Below are positions 18,975-30,034 of a stretch of 64,000 nt of DNA, piece by piece. The translations under genes and the position numbers were made by a program. The notes below the pieces were generated by a model. The model saw only the letters and a program-made list of their open reading frames with translations, ran no database searches and was not told where the DNA came from. The stretch's first letter is position 1, and every line of letters begins with the position of its first letter. Source of the DNA: a virus; IMG/VR virus record IMGVR_UViG_3300021963_000040, positions 32,001-96,000 of that record; one strand, written 5' to 3'.

Positions 18975-19994
18975 ATGGCTTCAGTAACAATTATCAAAGG
19001 TGTGTACGGTAAAAAAGAAGTAGTTAACACTACTTTCCCCCTTGTTAAACAACTTGCCTTTTTGCCCGACGGGCAAGGCTATGTTACTGTTGACGGTACT
19101 GCCGTAGACGGTTACCCCGATCGCCAACTTCGTATTAAAGTTGACAGCATTGCTGACTATACTATTGCAGGTGTAGAAGCTCAAGTTGGCAAGGCAGAAA
19201 CTGCTCCTGCTATCGAAGAGACAGACGAAGAAGTTATGACTCGTTTGCGTGAGCGTTTTAGCATCCTTGATGAGATGACCCAAGCAAGTGTGGACGGTGT
19301 CGTTCGTGCTATGATTGTGTCTGGCCCTCCCGGAGTTGGTAAGAGCTACGGTGTTGAACGTGTTCTTGAACAGAACTCGTTCTTTGACAAATTGGGTGAG
19401 CGTCCCGCTCGTTTCGAAGTTGTTAAAGGTGCGATGTCGGCTATTGGCTTGTATTGCAAACTGTTCAGCTTCGCTGACGCAGGTAACGTTCTTGTGTTTG
19501 ACGACTGTGACAGTATCTTGCTTGACGACCTGTCGCTGAACATTCTTAAGGCCGCACTTGACAGCGGTAGCAAACGTACTATCAGCTGGAACACTGACAG
19601 CTCTATGTTGCGTCGCGAGGGCGTGCCAGATCGTTTCGAGTTCAAAGGCTCTGTGATCTTTATTACCAACATCAAGTTTGAACACGTTCGTAGCCAAAAG
19701 CTCAAGGATCACTTGGACGCTCTTGAAAGCCGTTGCCACTACCTGGACCTGACTATGGACACGGTGCGTGACAAAATGCTTCGCATCAAGCAGATCATTC
19801 AAGACGGTATGCTTGACAAGTATGATTTTGAAGACGCTCAGAAAGAAGCTATTGTTAACTGGGTGTGGGAAAAGAAAGATCAATTGCGCGAGATTAGCTT
19901 GCGTACTGTTTTGAAGGTTGCTGACTTGGCTAAGATGAAGCCTATGGGTTGGGAGCGTTTGGCAGAAACTACCGTAATTAAGCGTCATGCTTAA
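18975..19994 (+). CDS. P-loop AAA+ ATPase (early)
   Basis: GPPGVGKS Walker A, LVFDDCD Walker B, IFITN sensor, ALESR arginine finger; AAGGA SD. Confidence 0.85.
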   Translation: MASVTIIKGVYGKKEVVNTTFPLVKQLAFLPDGQGYVTVDGTAVDGYPDRQLRIKVDSIADYTIAGVEAQVGKAETAPAIEETDEEVMTRLRERFSILDEMTQASVDGVVRAMIVSGPPGVGKSYGVERVLEQNSFFDKLGERPARFEVVKGAMSAIGLYCKLFSFADAGNVLVFDDCDSILLDDLSLNILKAALDSGSKRTISWNTDSSMLRREGVPDRFEFKGSVIFITNIKFEHVRSQKLKDHLDALESRCHYLDLTMDTVRDKMLRIKQIIQDGMLDKYDFEDAQKEAIVNWVWEKKDQLREISLRTVLKVADLAKMKPMGWERLAETTVIKRHA

Positions 19995-20018
19995 TTAAAC
20001 TTTGCAGTGGTAGTGTTT

Positions 20019-20044
20019 AGAGCCCTTCGGGGCTCTTTTTTTTT
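20019..20044 (+). terminator. Intrinsic terminator
   Basis: AGAGCCC-TTCG-GGGCTCT plus long T-run. Confidence 0.9.
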
Positions 20045-20103
20045 GGAGGAATTTGGTGAAGTAAAACTTGGTTATTTATGATAACTAATATATACTACAC
20101 TAT

Positions 20104-21558
20104 ATGACTACTTGCACAATACACATTAAAGATGAAGTCAATGTAAAAGTAGCAGGTCTAGATGTGGGCACTCGCCGAGATCTAGAAAAGAAATTAAAGT
20201 TTTTTCAACCGTATGCGCGACATGTTCCGGCATTTAAACTAGGCCGCTGGGATGGATGCGTTAGTTTCTTTTCAGTAGGTGGCAACACTTATCTTAACCT
20301 GCTAGATCGTATCCTTCCAACTATCGTTGACGAAGGCTATACTATTGAGATTGATGATCAAAGAATAAAGCATGAACTTACTTTTCCTGTTGTAACAGAA
20401 ACATTCCACGACGGTAAGTTATGGCCTATAGGACATCCTGCTGAAGGTGAACAAATAATGTTACGCGACTATCAAGTCGAAATCATTAATCAGTTTTTAT
20501 CCAACCCACAAAGCATACAAGAGATTGCCACAGGCGCAGGCAAGACGTTGATGACTGCAACGTTGAGTCAGCTAGTTGAGCCCTACGGACGAAGTGTGGT
20601 AATTGTCCCAAACAAAGACCTTGTACGTCAAACCTATGATGACTATGTTAACCTTGGACTTGATGTAGGTGTTTACTTTGGGGATAAAAAAGAACTAGGT
20701 AAAACACATACCATTTGTACTTGGCAAAGCCTTAACAGTCTAGAAAAGAGATTCAAAGACGGCGAAAGTGAACTAGGTTTAGATGAATGGGGTAAGGATG
20801 TTAATTGTGTTATAGTAGATGAAGTGCATATGGCCAAAGCTGATGTACTACGGCAATTACTAACAGGACCCTTTGCTAACGTACCTATACGCTGGGGACT
20901 AACAGGAACGATCCCAAAAGAAGATCACGAATTTGTTAGTTTAATTGCTAGTATAGGCAATATAACAGCACGTTTAGGTGCAAAAGAACTTCAAGATCAA
21001 GGGGTATTAAGTAACTGCCATGTTAATGTAGTACAGCTACAAGATACAGTAGAATATCCTACCTATCAAGAAGAATTGACATATCTAACAACTAACAAAA
21101 AACGTATTGACCATATTGCAAAGATGGCTAACGCTATTGCCGAGTCAGGTAACACATTGATCCTAGTTGATCGAATTGAAGCAGGTAAGTTGCTAGCAGA
21201 ACGTATTCCGGACAGTATCTTTATTAGCGGTAACATGAAATCTACTACCCGTAAAGAGCACTACACCGAAGTGCAAGAAGCAGAAGGTAAAGTTATCATT
21301 GCTACATACGGTGTAGCGGCCGTTGGTATTAATATTCCCCGTATCTTTAATTTGATTTTAGTAGAACCAGGTAAGAGCTTTGTGCGAGTCATTCAGAGTA
21401 TTGGCCGAGGTATTCGTAAGGCCAAGGACAAAGATTTTGTACAGATCTGGGACATAACAAGTAGTGCTAAATTTGCTAAGAAGCATCTTACTATTAGAAA
21501 AAAATATTATGCGGACGCAGGTTATCCGTATGTTGTTGAAAAGGTAAATTATAAATGA
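20104..21558 (+). CDS. uvsW: SF2 helicase UvsW-like
   Basis: LRDYQ, ATGAGKT, DEVH, GLTGT, QSIGRGIR. Confidence 0.92.
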   Translation: MTTCTIHIKDEVNVKVAGLDVGTRRDLEKKLKFFQPYARHVPAFKLGRWDGCVSFFSVGGNTYLNLLDRILPTIVDEGYTIEIDDQRIKHELTFPVVTETFHDGKLWPIGHPAEGEQIMLRDYQVEIINQFLSNPQSIQEIATGAGKTLMTATLSQLVEPYGRSVVIVPNKDLVRQTYDDYVNLGLDVGVYFGDKKELGKTHTICTWQSLNSLEKRFKDGESELGLDEWGKDVNCVIVDEVHMAKADVLRQLLTGPFANVPIRWGLTGTIPKEDHEFVSLIASIGNITARLGAKELQDQGVLSNCHVNVVQLQDTVEYPTYQEELTYLTTNKKRIDHIAKMANAIAESGNTLILVDRIEAGKLLAERIPDSIFISGNMKSTTRKEHYTEVQEAEGKVIIATYGVAAVGINIPRIFNLILVEPGKSFVRVIQSIGRGIRKAKDKDFVQIWDITSSAKFAKKHLTIRKKYYADAGYPYVVEKVNYK

Positions 21559-22058
21559 GCAGAATTTTAACAGTCGACAACGCATCGTTCGACATGAACA
21601 ATCTTCCGGACGAGATTGATGACCTACGTTACTGTGTTTTAGACTACAGTGATCCGGCTAATGCAGATTACCATTGGGTACCATTAGTGTTCTTAGAGTC
21701 ATTTAGTGCGCCCGCCGCAGTCTTAAAAATAGGCCAATATACTATTCAAATGCCTTTGGACTGGAGTATCGTTATCGGGGAACCAGAAATAGGCGAGCCC
21801 GAAGTTGTTCCTATCATGAGCGTAAACGATCGTGGCTTCAAAGCATTCCACTTCAATCCGTTTACCAGCTTCCGTCCTAACTTCCAAACCATTGAAATCG
21901 TAAATGTGTTCACTGAGATCAAATGGTACTTTCCTAAGTTAAAGTTTGGGCACATTTTAGCTGTACCATTATGCGACGGACCAAACCCGCCTTGTGCTTT
22001 CTTTATAAAAGAAACACAAAAGGTTCCTGAAGTACTTGCATTAGATAAGATGTTCTAA
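21555..22058 (+). CDS. Conserved hypothetical protein
   Basis: Coupled ORF; PLVFLESF, KWYFPKLK. Confidence 0.7.
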   Translation: MSRILTVDNASFDMNNLPDEIDDLRYCVLDYSDPANADYHWVPLVFLESFSAPAAVLKIGQYTIQMPLDWSIVIGEPEIGEPEVVPIMSVNDRGFKAFHFNPFTSFRPNFQTIEIVNVFTEIKWYFPKLKFGHILAVPLCDGPNPPCAFFIKETQKVPEVLALDKMF

Positions 22059-22069
22059 TATAATACTGT

Positions 22070-22552
22070 ATGGCAACTAAAAAAGAACCAGCTATCCCAT
22101 TAAGTGAAATGTTACTGGCCCTTGATCGCAGAGACCGAGGTTGGTATAGCCGCCTTACTGACGAACAGAAAAAAGCGTTTAGTCCGTGGCTGACTATGCG
22201 ATATGCGTCGAGTGTGCAAGATAGCCCTGTATTGGAGGAGCATTACTTACTACATACCAATGCGTTTTGTAATAGAAACTTTAGTGCTATTAGTGCAAAA
22301 GAACACGCAGAACTTCATTGGCTTACCATGCAAACCGCTGGCGTTGGTCGTAAGATGTTACATCCTTTTATTAAGCCCCCTAAAGGTATCAAGAAGAATA
22401 AAGTAATGAAGTGGGCAGAAACTGTCTGGCCTACTTTAAAAGACGATGAATTAGAACTGCTTATAAGTATGAACTCTACAGAGCAACTAGTAGACCTAGC
22501 AGAGCAGTTGGGAATGGAACCTAAAGAAATTAAAGATACGTTTGATGTTTAA
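22070..22552 (+). CDS. Hypothetical protein, possibly clamp-loader small subunit-like
   Basis: FSPWLTMRYAS...HAELHW weakly recalls the gp62 family; replication context. Confidence 0.45.
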   Translation: MATKKEPAIPLSEMLLALDRRDRGWYSRLTDEQKKAFSPWLTMRYASSVQDSPVLEEHYLLHTNAFCNRNFSAISAKEHAELHWLTMQTAGVGRKMLHPFIKPPKGIKKNKVMKWAETVWPTLKDDELELLISMNSTEQLVDLAEQLGMEPKEIKDTFDV

Positions 22553-23225
22553 GTGTAAATATTGTCCGGCAACGTTCGTTAAAGAAACTACACTTTCGGC
22601 TCATATGTGTGAAAGAAAGCGCAGGCTATTAGCTGAACATAATAGAGAAAATCAAATAGCATTACAGATCTGGCTCAAGTTTCTTAAGTTTACAACTCCT
22701 AACTCTAAAAAACAAAAGACCTATTCTGACTTTATTTCTAGTAGAGTGTACACTGGCTTTGTTAAATTTGCACGTCATGTTATTGACCTAAACCCTTATG
22801 ATTTTGAAAGCTTCATTGACTTTGTATTTCGGTATGGAGTAAAGTTAGATGATTGGTGTAAAGCCTATGTATATGAAGCATGGATTAGAGAGTACAACAA
22901 AAAAGAAACAGTAGATAGAGCCGCAGAAAGAAGCATATTGCTAATGCGTACTTGGGCAGAAACAACAGGGGAAGATTGGCACAAGTTTTTTAAATTAGTA
23001 AACACTAATCAAGCTGTACATTGGATTAGGACAGGTCGTATTAGTCCGTGGGTATTATATGCTACAAAAGCAGGCGAGAGCCTAGTAGACAGATTCAACG
23101 CAGAACAAATTGAAATGGTTGCAGAATACATTGAACCAAAGCACTGGCAATTTAAAGTAGCACGTCAGGCAGATGACGCCAATTGGATAGAAAAAACATT
23201 TGATAACGCAGGGATAGAAATATGA
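22545..23225 (+). CDS. Hypothetical protein with N-terminal zinc finger
   Basis: FKCKYC...HMC motif; GRISPW. Confidence 0.65.
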   Translation: MFKCKYCPATFVKETTLSAHMCERKRRLLAEHNRENQIALQIWLKFLKFTTPNSKKQKTYSDFISSRVYTGFVKFARHVIDLNPYDFESFIDFVFRYGVKLDDWCKAYVYEAWIREYNKKETVDRAAERSILLMRTWAETTGEDWHKFFKLVNTNQAVHWIRTGRISPWVLYATKAGESLVDRFNAEQIEMVAEYIEPKHWQFKVARQADDANWIEKTFDNAGIEI

Positions 23226-23806
23226 AATTAGTATCTACGGATATTGACATTGACTTAGCAGACAGACAACTGTTACTGAATGTAGTACCTCATACACCTG
23301 CTATGATCAAAGACGGCCCAAAGAAACGTAAGCATAATACAGGTGTATATTTTCACGAAGTTCCTGCAGATCCGTTTAATGGATGGTGTACTGTTGACTA
23401 TAAGGAAGCAGAAGACATTGGATACTTTAAGATGGATATTCTTAATGTAAGTCTGTACAAGGATGTTAAGAGTCCTGCTCATTTAGATGAGCTAGCTAAC
23501 AAAGAACCTATGTGGGAATTATTAGAACAGCCGGAGATTGTATCTACACTATTTCATTTAAGTAATCATGCAGACATTACTTGTAAAATGAAACCTAAAA
23601 GTTTAGAAGAACTTGCTATGTTGCTGGCGATTATACGTCCCGGTAAAAAGCATTTACAGGGCAAATCATGGAACGACATAGCTAAAGACGTTTGGATTAA
23701 ACCCGAAGATGATACGTACTACTTTAAGAAGAGCCACAGTTTGGGTTATGCTTTGGCTATTATAGTACAACTTAATTTGCTTTGTGAGCAAGCAAATCTA
23801 GTCTAA
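23222..23806 (+). CDS. Short DNA polymerase III alpha (DnaE)-like protein
   Basis: DIDIDL, HNTGVY, GYFKMDIL, LAIIRPG, YYFKKSHSLGYA match C-family polymerase motifs. Confidence 0.75.
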   Translation: MKLVSTDIDIDLADRQLLLNVVPHTPAMIKDGPKKRKHNTGVYFHEVPADPFNGWCTVDYKEAEDIGYFKMDILNVSLYKDVKSPAHLDELANKEPMWELLEQPEIVSTLFHLSNHADITCKMKPKSLEELAMLLAIIRPGKKHLQGKSWNDIAKDVWIKPEDDTYYFKKSHSLGYALAIIVQLNLLCEQANLV

Positions 23807-24178
23807 TTTTTTAACTAACTGAATTTGACGCCGCTTGATTCGTTTGGTAATTATGTTACTGAGCGATACAGAGTGTCCGTATACTATTTCAAAATCTTTA
23901 GCGTTAAAAGTTTTTAACGAGTAGCTAAAGATCTTAAACTTTTCCCCTAGGATGATATTAATGGGTAGCAACCTATTGCTGGCCCACCACCATTCGTCTC
24001 CAAATTCTAAAAATTGCTTCTTATGGTCAGGCGAGGTCAGCAGGCTATAGATGTACATACTAGCTATGCCTGCATCATGGTTTTGAATTATACCTACATA
24101 TTCGTTTCCGCCGTATCTACATAGGCTAAGAAAGGGAAAACGATCTAAAAGTTCTTGATATTCGTGTTTTATGGTCAT
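23798..24178 (-). CDS. Conserved hypothetical protein
   Basis: FPFLS...EYVGIIQN...WWWASNRLLPINI; minus-strand TAAATA at 24203-24208; ends in TAG. Confidence 0.75.
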   Translation of the reverse strand: MTIKHEYQELLDRFPFLSLCRYGGNEYVGIIQNHDAGIASMYIYSLLTSPDHKKQFLEFGDEWWWASNRLLPINIILGEKFKIFSYSLKTFNAKDFEIVYGHSVSLSNIITKRIKRRQIQLVKKLD

Positions 24179-24245
24179 TATTAACAATAATTGCGCCAAA
24201 GTTATTTAGCTCGCACCCAATTGATAAATTTTAGGTAAATACAAG

Positions 24246-24785
24246 ATGATTACTATATTTCAGCATGTACCACGAATTCAGGTTCTGCTAGTGACTTCAC
24301 ACAAGAACTATAATACGCCTATGAACGACAAAAAATTACAAGCAGTCAAGGGGCTTGATAATCCCTTGGAGATTCAAATCCTTAACAGCGATCGTAAGCC
24401 AGTTGATCTAACAGGCAAAACAGTTAAGTTTACTATTAGCAGAATTAAAGCTAACAGCATATTTTTTGAAAAAGAAATGACAGCACAAAATGCCGCTAAA
24501 GGCATTTACAGCGGGGTAATTACAACAGACGAAATTTACGAAATTCCAGAAGGGCTAGCTCAGCTAGCTTTTTATGTAGAAGACGATGAGACAGGCATAA
24601 AAACCCCACTATTAAAGAATATATCTGGAGGATATACTATTGACCTTGACATTATTAACGGTCCTTATGTTATTCCAGAAGTTGATACTTATGACGATTA
24701 TGGTAGTGTATCTACATTTAACAACTCAGTAGAAGACCTAGGGTCAGTTAGCGATTATGTAGAACACACTGAAACGAATATTTAA
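24246..24785 (+). CDS. Virion structural protein (BppU N-terminal-like)
   Basis: LEIQILNSDRKPVDLTGKTVKF...KG; immediately upstream of the fibre gene. Confidence 0.55.
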   Translation: MITIFQHVPRIQVLLVTSHKNYNTPMNDKKLQAVKGLDNPLEIQILNSDRKPVDLTGKTVKFTISRIKANSIFFEKEMTAQNAAKGIYSGVITTDEIYEIPEGLAQLAFYVEDDETGIKTPLLKNISGGYTIDLDIINGPYVIPEVDTYDDYGSVSTFNNSVEDLGSVSDYVEHTETNI

Positions 24786-24794
24786 GGAAAAAGA

Positions 24795-27700
24795 ATGCCA
24801 GTAGACCAAAATAATAAGCGCACAAAACAGTTACGTTTACGACGAGGAACAACTGCCGAACACGAAAATTTTGTAGGCGCATTAGGCGAAGTAACATTTG
24901 ATACTACAAAGAATACACTTAGAGTACACGACAGCACGTTAGAAGGCGGTCATGTCATTGCTACTGAATCTTTTGTCAGCGGTGTATTTGATGGTGTATT
25001 AGATATAATAGAAGGTCAAGTTGGACCACAAGGACCACAAGGACCACAGGGCGAAACTGGACCACAAGGACCGCAAGGCGAAACTGGCCCACAGGGCGAA
25101 ACTGGCCCACAAGGACCGCAAGGCGAAACTGGCCCTCAGGGTGTATCTATAACACTACAAGGAATGGTAGCAACATCTGCCGACTTACCAGAAACTTCTA
25201 CATTAAACAATGCCTACATAGCACAAGACACTGGAGATCTTTGGGTTTGGTCAGCCGCAAGCCAATGGGAAAATGCAGGTCATATTGTAGGACCACAAGG
25301 ATTACAAGGACCACAGGGCGAAACTGGCCCACAAGGACCACAGGGCGAAACTGGCCCACAAGGCGAAACCGGCCCACAAGGCGAAACTGGACCACAGGGC
25401 GAAACTGGCCCACAAGGCGATCCAGGACCTGCTCCTTATCAACAAGGTAATCCGTTTGCATGGTCAGGTACTGCCCTTTACAACGCCAACGATGTTGTTT
25501 CTTACGGTGGATCTTTTTGGATTCTAAGTGATCCTACTAACTATATACAAAGTCCTACTCCAGATGCTGGCTACGGCTGGACACAGTTTTATCTAACAGG
25601 AACAGGCACCGATACAGGTAATTTTAGATTTAATAATAACATTTTATATACTAATGCCGGACAAAGCATTTACATTGACCCTAGCAACGACGAAGGAGAT
25701 ACCGGATTTATCTTTGTGCCTGGGCCAGGCACAGCTGATATAGATCCTGTACAAATTTACAATCAATTGTCAGGCGGTGTACGAATTGGTAGTAGCAATA
25801 GTCTTTGGACATTTGGTTCAAGTGGTACATTAACATTACCAAATAACACAACTGTTGGCAACAATCTAGAAGGTACATATTCAAGTACATTCCTTTGTTT
25901 ACAATATGGTGTCACCGATCAAACCAGCGGATACTTTTCATCTAATAGTATCACACGCCCAATCTTTAATCCTCTTATCTCCACAATATCTGTTGGATGG
26001 TTTGTAAGTGGGCCGGGATTAACTGGCGTTAAAGAAATTATAGACATAGTAGAAATGGGCGAGGGGGATCGAGCATTCATAGTAGATCTAACCGATGGAT
26101 CACTTTGGGCAGATCTCAGCGTTGATATTCCTTACAGATTCTATTCACCAGATTATGCTCTTACACTCAATGGTACTAAATTAACAGTTAATTCAAACGA
26201 GTGGAAGTTTAATCAAGCCGGTCATCTAACTGTGCCTGGTGACATTCATGAAAAGGTCGGTAACGATTTAGAAATAGCCGTTCATAATAATCGAAACAAC
26301 GATGGTACACCCGGTAGCGCAGTTTTATCATTAACAAACAATGATGCCGTTGACTTCCAGACCTATACAACACTTGAAGTAGGCGCTTACGATATTAAAC
26401 TGAACACTGACTACGAGGGTGTGTTTACTGGTGCTAGACGCACATGGGAATTTAAACGAAACGGTACATTAACATTTCCAGATTTAACAGAACAAACTAC
26501 CGCTTGGACTGGTTCAGTATCTTCAATAAGTAGCGGACCTACGGCACCCGGTAGTGCTGTTGTGGCTGGCGAAAATGATGTAGATTTTAATTTTAGTGAC
26601 GGTGTTGGTACAGCAGTTAGTGTTACCAGAGACAGTGAAATTGTTTCATCAAAGCCAGTAGGATTAACACTAGCGTCAAATTATGATGTAAAGATTGTAA
26701 CAGATTTTACAGATAACAATCGTACCTGGACATTCGAAGGCTCAACAGGAAATGTAGAGTTACCGAGAGGTAGTATTATTGGAGAAACAAGCAATACTAC
26801 AATTATCACACCTCCTACAGCAACTCCAGACCAAAGCCTAGTTATTCGTCCAACTGCATCTCAGTGGACTATAGAGTCTAGTGGTTTTGTTGTTTACGGT
26901 AGTCCTATTACAATTACTTTAACTTTGCAAAACTGGACATACTTTGGAACAGTTAACTATGAAATTACTGGTCCGGGTGTAACCGAGCAATCGCTGGGTC
27001 GTCCATTGACTGGTAAATTAATTTATGCAGGAGTTGTGGGCGGGCCCGACGCACAGTCTGTTACCTGGACTATACCTGCTGACAGCGTTATCACTGAGTT
27101 TACTTTTACAGTAACTGGAGTTGATGGTACTCAATCTACTAATTATCTAACAGAAAATGATCCGGCGTTGTATTATAACTTCGAATGGAATGCAATGCCT
27201 ACTGGTTATTCTACTACAGTAACTAACAACGGCATATCTAACACAGAATTCAGTCATATACATTTAGTAGCCGGAGATCCTGCAACAGTTGACCTTTATC
27301 TAGGCGATGACGATCAATATGTTAAGATTGAAAAAAATGCTGGCGATGTAGTAATCGGCACTAACGCAAATACTAAAAATTGGAGATTTGACACAGACGG
27401 TACTACAACATTCCCTGCTGGTAGCAAGATATCTAACTATCCAGGATACCCAGGTGGTGACAGTTGGTTTGTAACTCCTGCCATCAACGCAGGCGGTGTA
27501 GCCAGTGCCGATGGTCAACAGTATATACAGGTAAACAATGGCTATGGTGTAGAAATAGGTACAGGATGGCCTGCAACTTCCCACGCTTGGCATTTTGGCT
27601 TAGATGGTAAGTTAACATTGCCAAGCGGAAGCAGTATTCTTGATCTTCAAATCACAGGAGGTCCAACTACTGATAGCTTAATGATATTGGGTGCCGGTGC

Positions 27701-29204
27701 CACTGTTGCTGAAAATCAAAGAGCGGCTCGTATAGCACTAAACGGTGATGTTGAGGGAGTTGCTATTGGTGCTGGTACTAAAGATTGGCAGTTTACTAAT
27801 AATGGTAATTTAACAGTTCCTAATAGCGGCATAATTACTACAACTCAAGATGGTTCATTAAGTGTTCGTGCTTATATTGAAAACACTAATCCTAATGATG
27901 GTGATATTTTATCAGGCGGACTATTTGTAAACGGACAACAAGTCAGCATTAGTTATACACAATATAGTACAATGCAAGGTGGCCCTTTCCCAGGTAAACA
28001 ATGGGATTTCAATCCTACTAGCGGTGAAACACAAATCCCTGGCGGTATTAGATTTAAAACAGACAACAGTCTGCAGACCACAGCCTGGACTGGTTCTATA
28101 TCTTTAAATCAAATAGAAAATTTTAACGTTTCGGCTACTCCTACAGCAGGACAAGTATTAAAGTTTGATGGTACTAACTGGGTCAACGGCGCAGACAACA
28201 CTGGTGCCGGCGGTAGTGGCATAGCACTAACAGATCTAAGTGTAGGTACTCCTAATGCCGCTAGCGGAAGCGGTGCTATTAGTTATAACAATACCAGCGG
28301 GGTATTTAAATACACCCCTCCTGATTTAAGCAGTTATGTAACTTCTAGCTCACTAACAACTACACTAGGTAATTACGCAACCACTAGCTCATTGAGTAAC
28401 TATGTAACCAGCAGTTCACTGACAACTACATTGGGCGACTATGTTACAAATAATTCATTAACAACTACATTAGGTAATTACGCGACTACTAGTTCGTTAA
28501 GCAATTACGTAACTTCTAGCTCACTAACAACTACATTAGGTAATTACGTTACAAGTTCAACTCTGTCAGGATATAATTACATTACTACAGGTAGCCTAAG
28601 TGTAACACAGAATAGTCCTGCTACTACAGGTTCTTTAACTTACAGTAACGGTGTCTTTACATTTACACCTACAGCACCTTATACTTTACCAACTGCAACA
28701 GGATCAGTGCTAGGCGGTGTTAAGATTGGGCCAGGTATTGCTATCGACGGTAACGGAGTAATCAGTACCACTAACACCACTAACCAAAATACATCTACAA
28801 CTAGCAACGTAACATTTAACAACGTTACAACAACAGGACAGATTGTAGAAAGTTTCCAAACATACAGTACTTCTATTAGTTCTGGTGCAACAGTAACCCT
28901 TAACTGTACTAATGGTAGCCTATGGAATATTACCAGTACAGTAGCAGGTAACTGGACTGCGGCTGTAACTAACCTTGCAATGACCTTGGGGCAAGCAACT
29001 AGTGTATCTTTAATTATTAACCAAGGTGCTACTGCTTATTTGCCAACAGCACTTTCAGTTAACGGTACATCAGTAACTATTAACTGGCAGGGCGGATCAG
29101 TTCCTACAGGTAACAACAGCAAGAAAGATATTGTATCATTTAGCATATTGCAAACAGGCGCTAGTGCATATCTAGTATTTGGTCAGTTAGTAACATTTGG
29201 ATAA
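24795..29204 (+). CDS. Long tail fibre protein with collagen-like repeats
   Basis: Mtd-N-like RLRRGTTAE...GEVTFDT; Gly-X-Y runs; repeated W-x-F-x-x-x-G-x-L-T-x-P modules; YTLPTAT..LGGVKIG. Confidence 0.85.
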   Translation: MPVDQNNKRTKQLRLRRGTTAEHENFVGALGEVTFDTTKNTLRVHDSTLEGGHVIATESFVSGVFDGVLDIIEGQVGPQGPQGPQGETGPQGPQGETGPQGETGPQGPQGETGPQGVSITLQGMVATSADLPETSTLNNAYIAQDTGDLWVWSAASQWENAGHIVGPQGLQGPQGETGPQGPQGETGPQGETGPQGETGPQGETGPQGDPGPAPYQQGNPFAWSGTALYNANDVVSYGGSFWILSDPTNYIQSPTPDAGYGWTQFYLTGTGTDTGNFRFNNNILYTNAGQSIYIDPSNDEGDTGFIFVPGPGTADIDPVQIYNQLSGGVRIGSSNSLWTFGSSGTLTLPNNTTVGNNLEGTYSSTFLCLQYGVTDQTSGYFSSNSITRPIFNPLISTISVGWFVSGPGLTGVKEIIDIVEMGEGDRAFIVDLTDGSLWADLSVDIPYRFYSPDYALTLNGTKLTVNSNEWKFNQAGHLTVPGDIHEKVGNDLEIAVHNNRNNDGTPGSAVLSLTNNDAVDFQTYTTLEVGAYDIKLNTDYEGVFTGARRTWEFKRNGTLTFPDLTEQTTAWTGSVSSISSGPTAPGSAVVAGENDVDFNFSDGVGTAVSVTRDSEIVSSKPVGLTLASNYDVKIVTDFTDNNRTWTFEGSTGNVELPRGSIIGETSNTTIITPPTATPDQSLVIRPTASQWTIESSGFVVYGSPITITLTLQNWTYFGTVNYEITGPGVTEQSLGRPLTGKLIYAGVVGGPDAQSVTWTIPADSVITEFTFTVTGVDGTQSTNYLTENDPALYYNFEWNAMPTGYSTTVTNNGISNTEFSHIHLVAGDPATVDLYLGDDDQYVKIEKNAGDVVIGTNANTKNWRFDTDGTTTFPAGSKISNYPGYPGGDSWFVTPAINAGGVASADGQQYIQVNNGYGVEIGTGWPATSHAWHFGLDGKLTLPSGSSILDLQITGGPTTDSLMILGAGATVAENQRAARIALNGDVEGVAIGAGTKDWQFTNNGNLTVPNSGIITTTQDGSLSVRAYIENTNPNDGDILSGGLFVNGQQVSISYTQYSTMQGGPFPGKQWDFNPTSGETQIPGGIRFKTDNSLQTTAWTGSISLNQIENFNVSATPTAGQVLKFDGTNWVNGADNTGAGGSGIALTDLSVGTPNAASGSGAISYNNTSGVFKYTPPDLSSYVTSSSLTTTLGNYATTSSLSNYVTSSSLTTTLGDYVTNNSLTTTLGNYATTSSLSNYVTSSSLTTTLGNYVTSSTLSGYNYITTGSLSVTQNSPATTGSLTYSNGVFTFTPTAPYTLPTATGSVLGGVKIGPGIAIDGNGVISTTNTTNQNTSTTSNVTFNNVTTTGQIVESFQTYSTSISSGATVTLNCTNGSLWNITSTVAGNWTAAVTNLAMTLGQATSVSLIINQGATAYLPTALSVNGTSVTINWQGGSVPTGNNSKKDIVSFSILQTGASAYLVFGQLVTFG
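25023..25430 (+). repeat. Two collagen-like GPQGET repeat blocks
   Basis: ggaccacaagg/ggcgaaact tandem units at about 25023-25141 and 25290-25430. Confidence 0.9.
28330..28562 (+). repeat. Degenerate [10 protein letters not shown](V/A)T coding repeats
   Basis: Repeated [14 protein letters not shown] units in the fibre protein. Confidence 0.85.
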
Positions 29205-29207
29205 TAT

Positions 29208-29996
29208 ATGAGTTTTGGATTAACATCTAGTTTTAGTAGAGGTTTTGTTGCTGGTCAGAGGCCACTGGTAATTAGTTCTGCTAGTCAGTTACCTAACCTA
29301 GAAGTCTGGTACGATGCGGCCGGCGGCACTAACTTTAATAAGACTACATCTATTACCAATGGCACATCAATTACATCATGGCAAAACGGTGGCGGCTTAG
29401 TAAGCCATGATTGGAACTCAACTGGTGGCAACAGACCTGTGTGGAATAGTAATATTCAAAACGGTCTGGGCGTCGCACGTTTTAATCCAACTGGCGCGAC
29501 TACACAGTTTTTATCTATTAACCCTATTGCATACTTACAGGCATTGCCAGCCGCCACTATGGTGTTGTTGTTTAGAACATCTACAGTTGCGGCAGGTAGA
29601 AGAATTGCAACATCTACAAATACTGGAGGATTCCAATGGGGTCAAAACGGCACACAATGGGTAGGACAATTTTCTGGTGCGTCATTTACTGTGGATAACC
29701 ATATTGCCGATACTAACTTCCATCACATTGCTCTAACATTTGACGGCGCTCAAACAGGTAACACCAATAGACTAAAAGCACGTTTAGACGGTTCAGATAC
29801 TCCTATTACTTACACAACAAACGTTAACGCTACTACTAGCGCCGCGGCGTCAACATTTTATGGCGGGCTTGATCAAACTGGTAACAGCGGATATTGGCAA
29901 GGCGATATCGGCGAACTAATGATTTGGACTAGAGCACTAACAGTATCTGAATTATTATCAGTTGAAGGTTACCTAACTAACAAGTGGGCAGTATAA
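29208..29996 (+). CDS. LamG/ConA-like lectin-domain virion protein
   Basis: LEVWYDA, FHHIALTFDG, GDIGELMIWTRALT..E, YLTNKW. Confidence 0.8.
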   Translation: MSFGLTSSFSRGFVAGQRPLVISSASQLPNLEVWYDAAGGTNFNKTTSITNGTSITSWQNGGGLVSHDWNSTGGNRPVWNSNIQNGLGVARFNPTGATTQFLSINPIAYLQALPAATMVLLFRTSTVAAGRRIATSTNTGGFQWGQNGTQWVGQFSGASFTVDNHIADTNFHHIALTFDGAQTGNTNRLKARLDGSDTPITYTTNVNATTSAAASTFYGGLDQTGNSGYWQGDIGELMIWTRALTVSELLSVEGYLTNKWAV

Positions 29997-30034
29997 ACAT
30001 TGACTTATCTTGGCTAATAGTATAAACTATATAC

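Noticed and set aside
18981-19988. 335-aa antisense ORF over the AAA+ ATPase gene
   Set aside because: Exact antisense shadow of a well-supported gene; no motifs or SD; explained by codon bias
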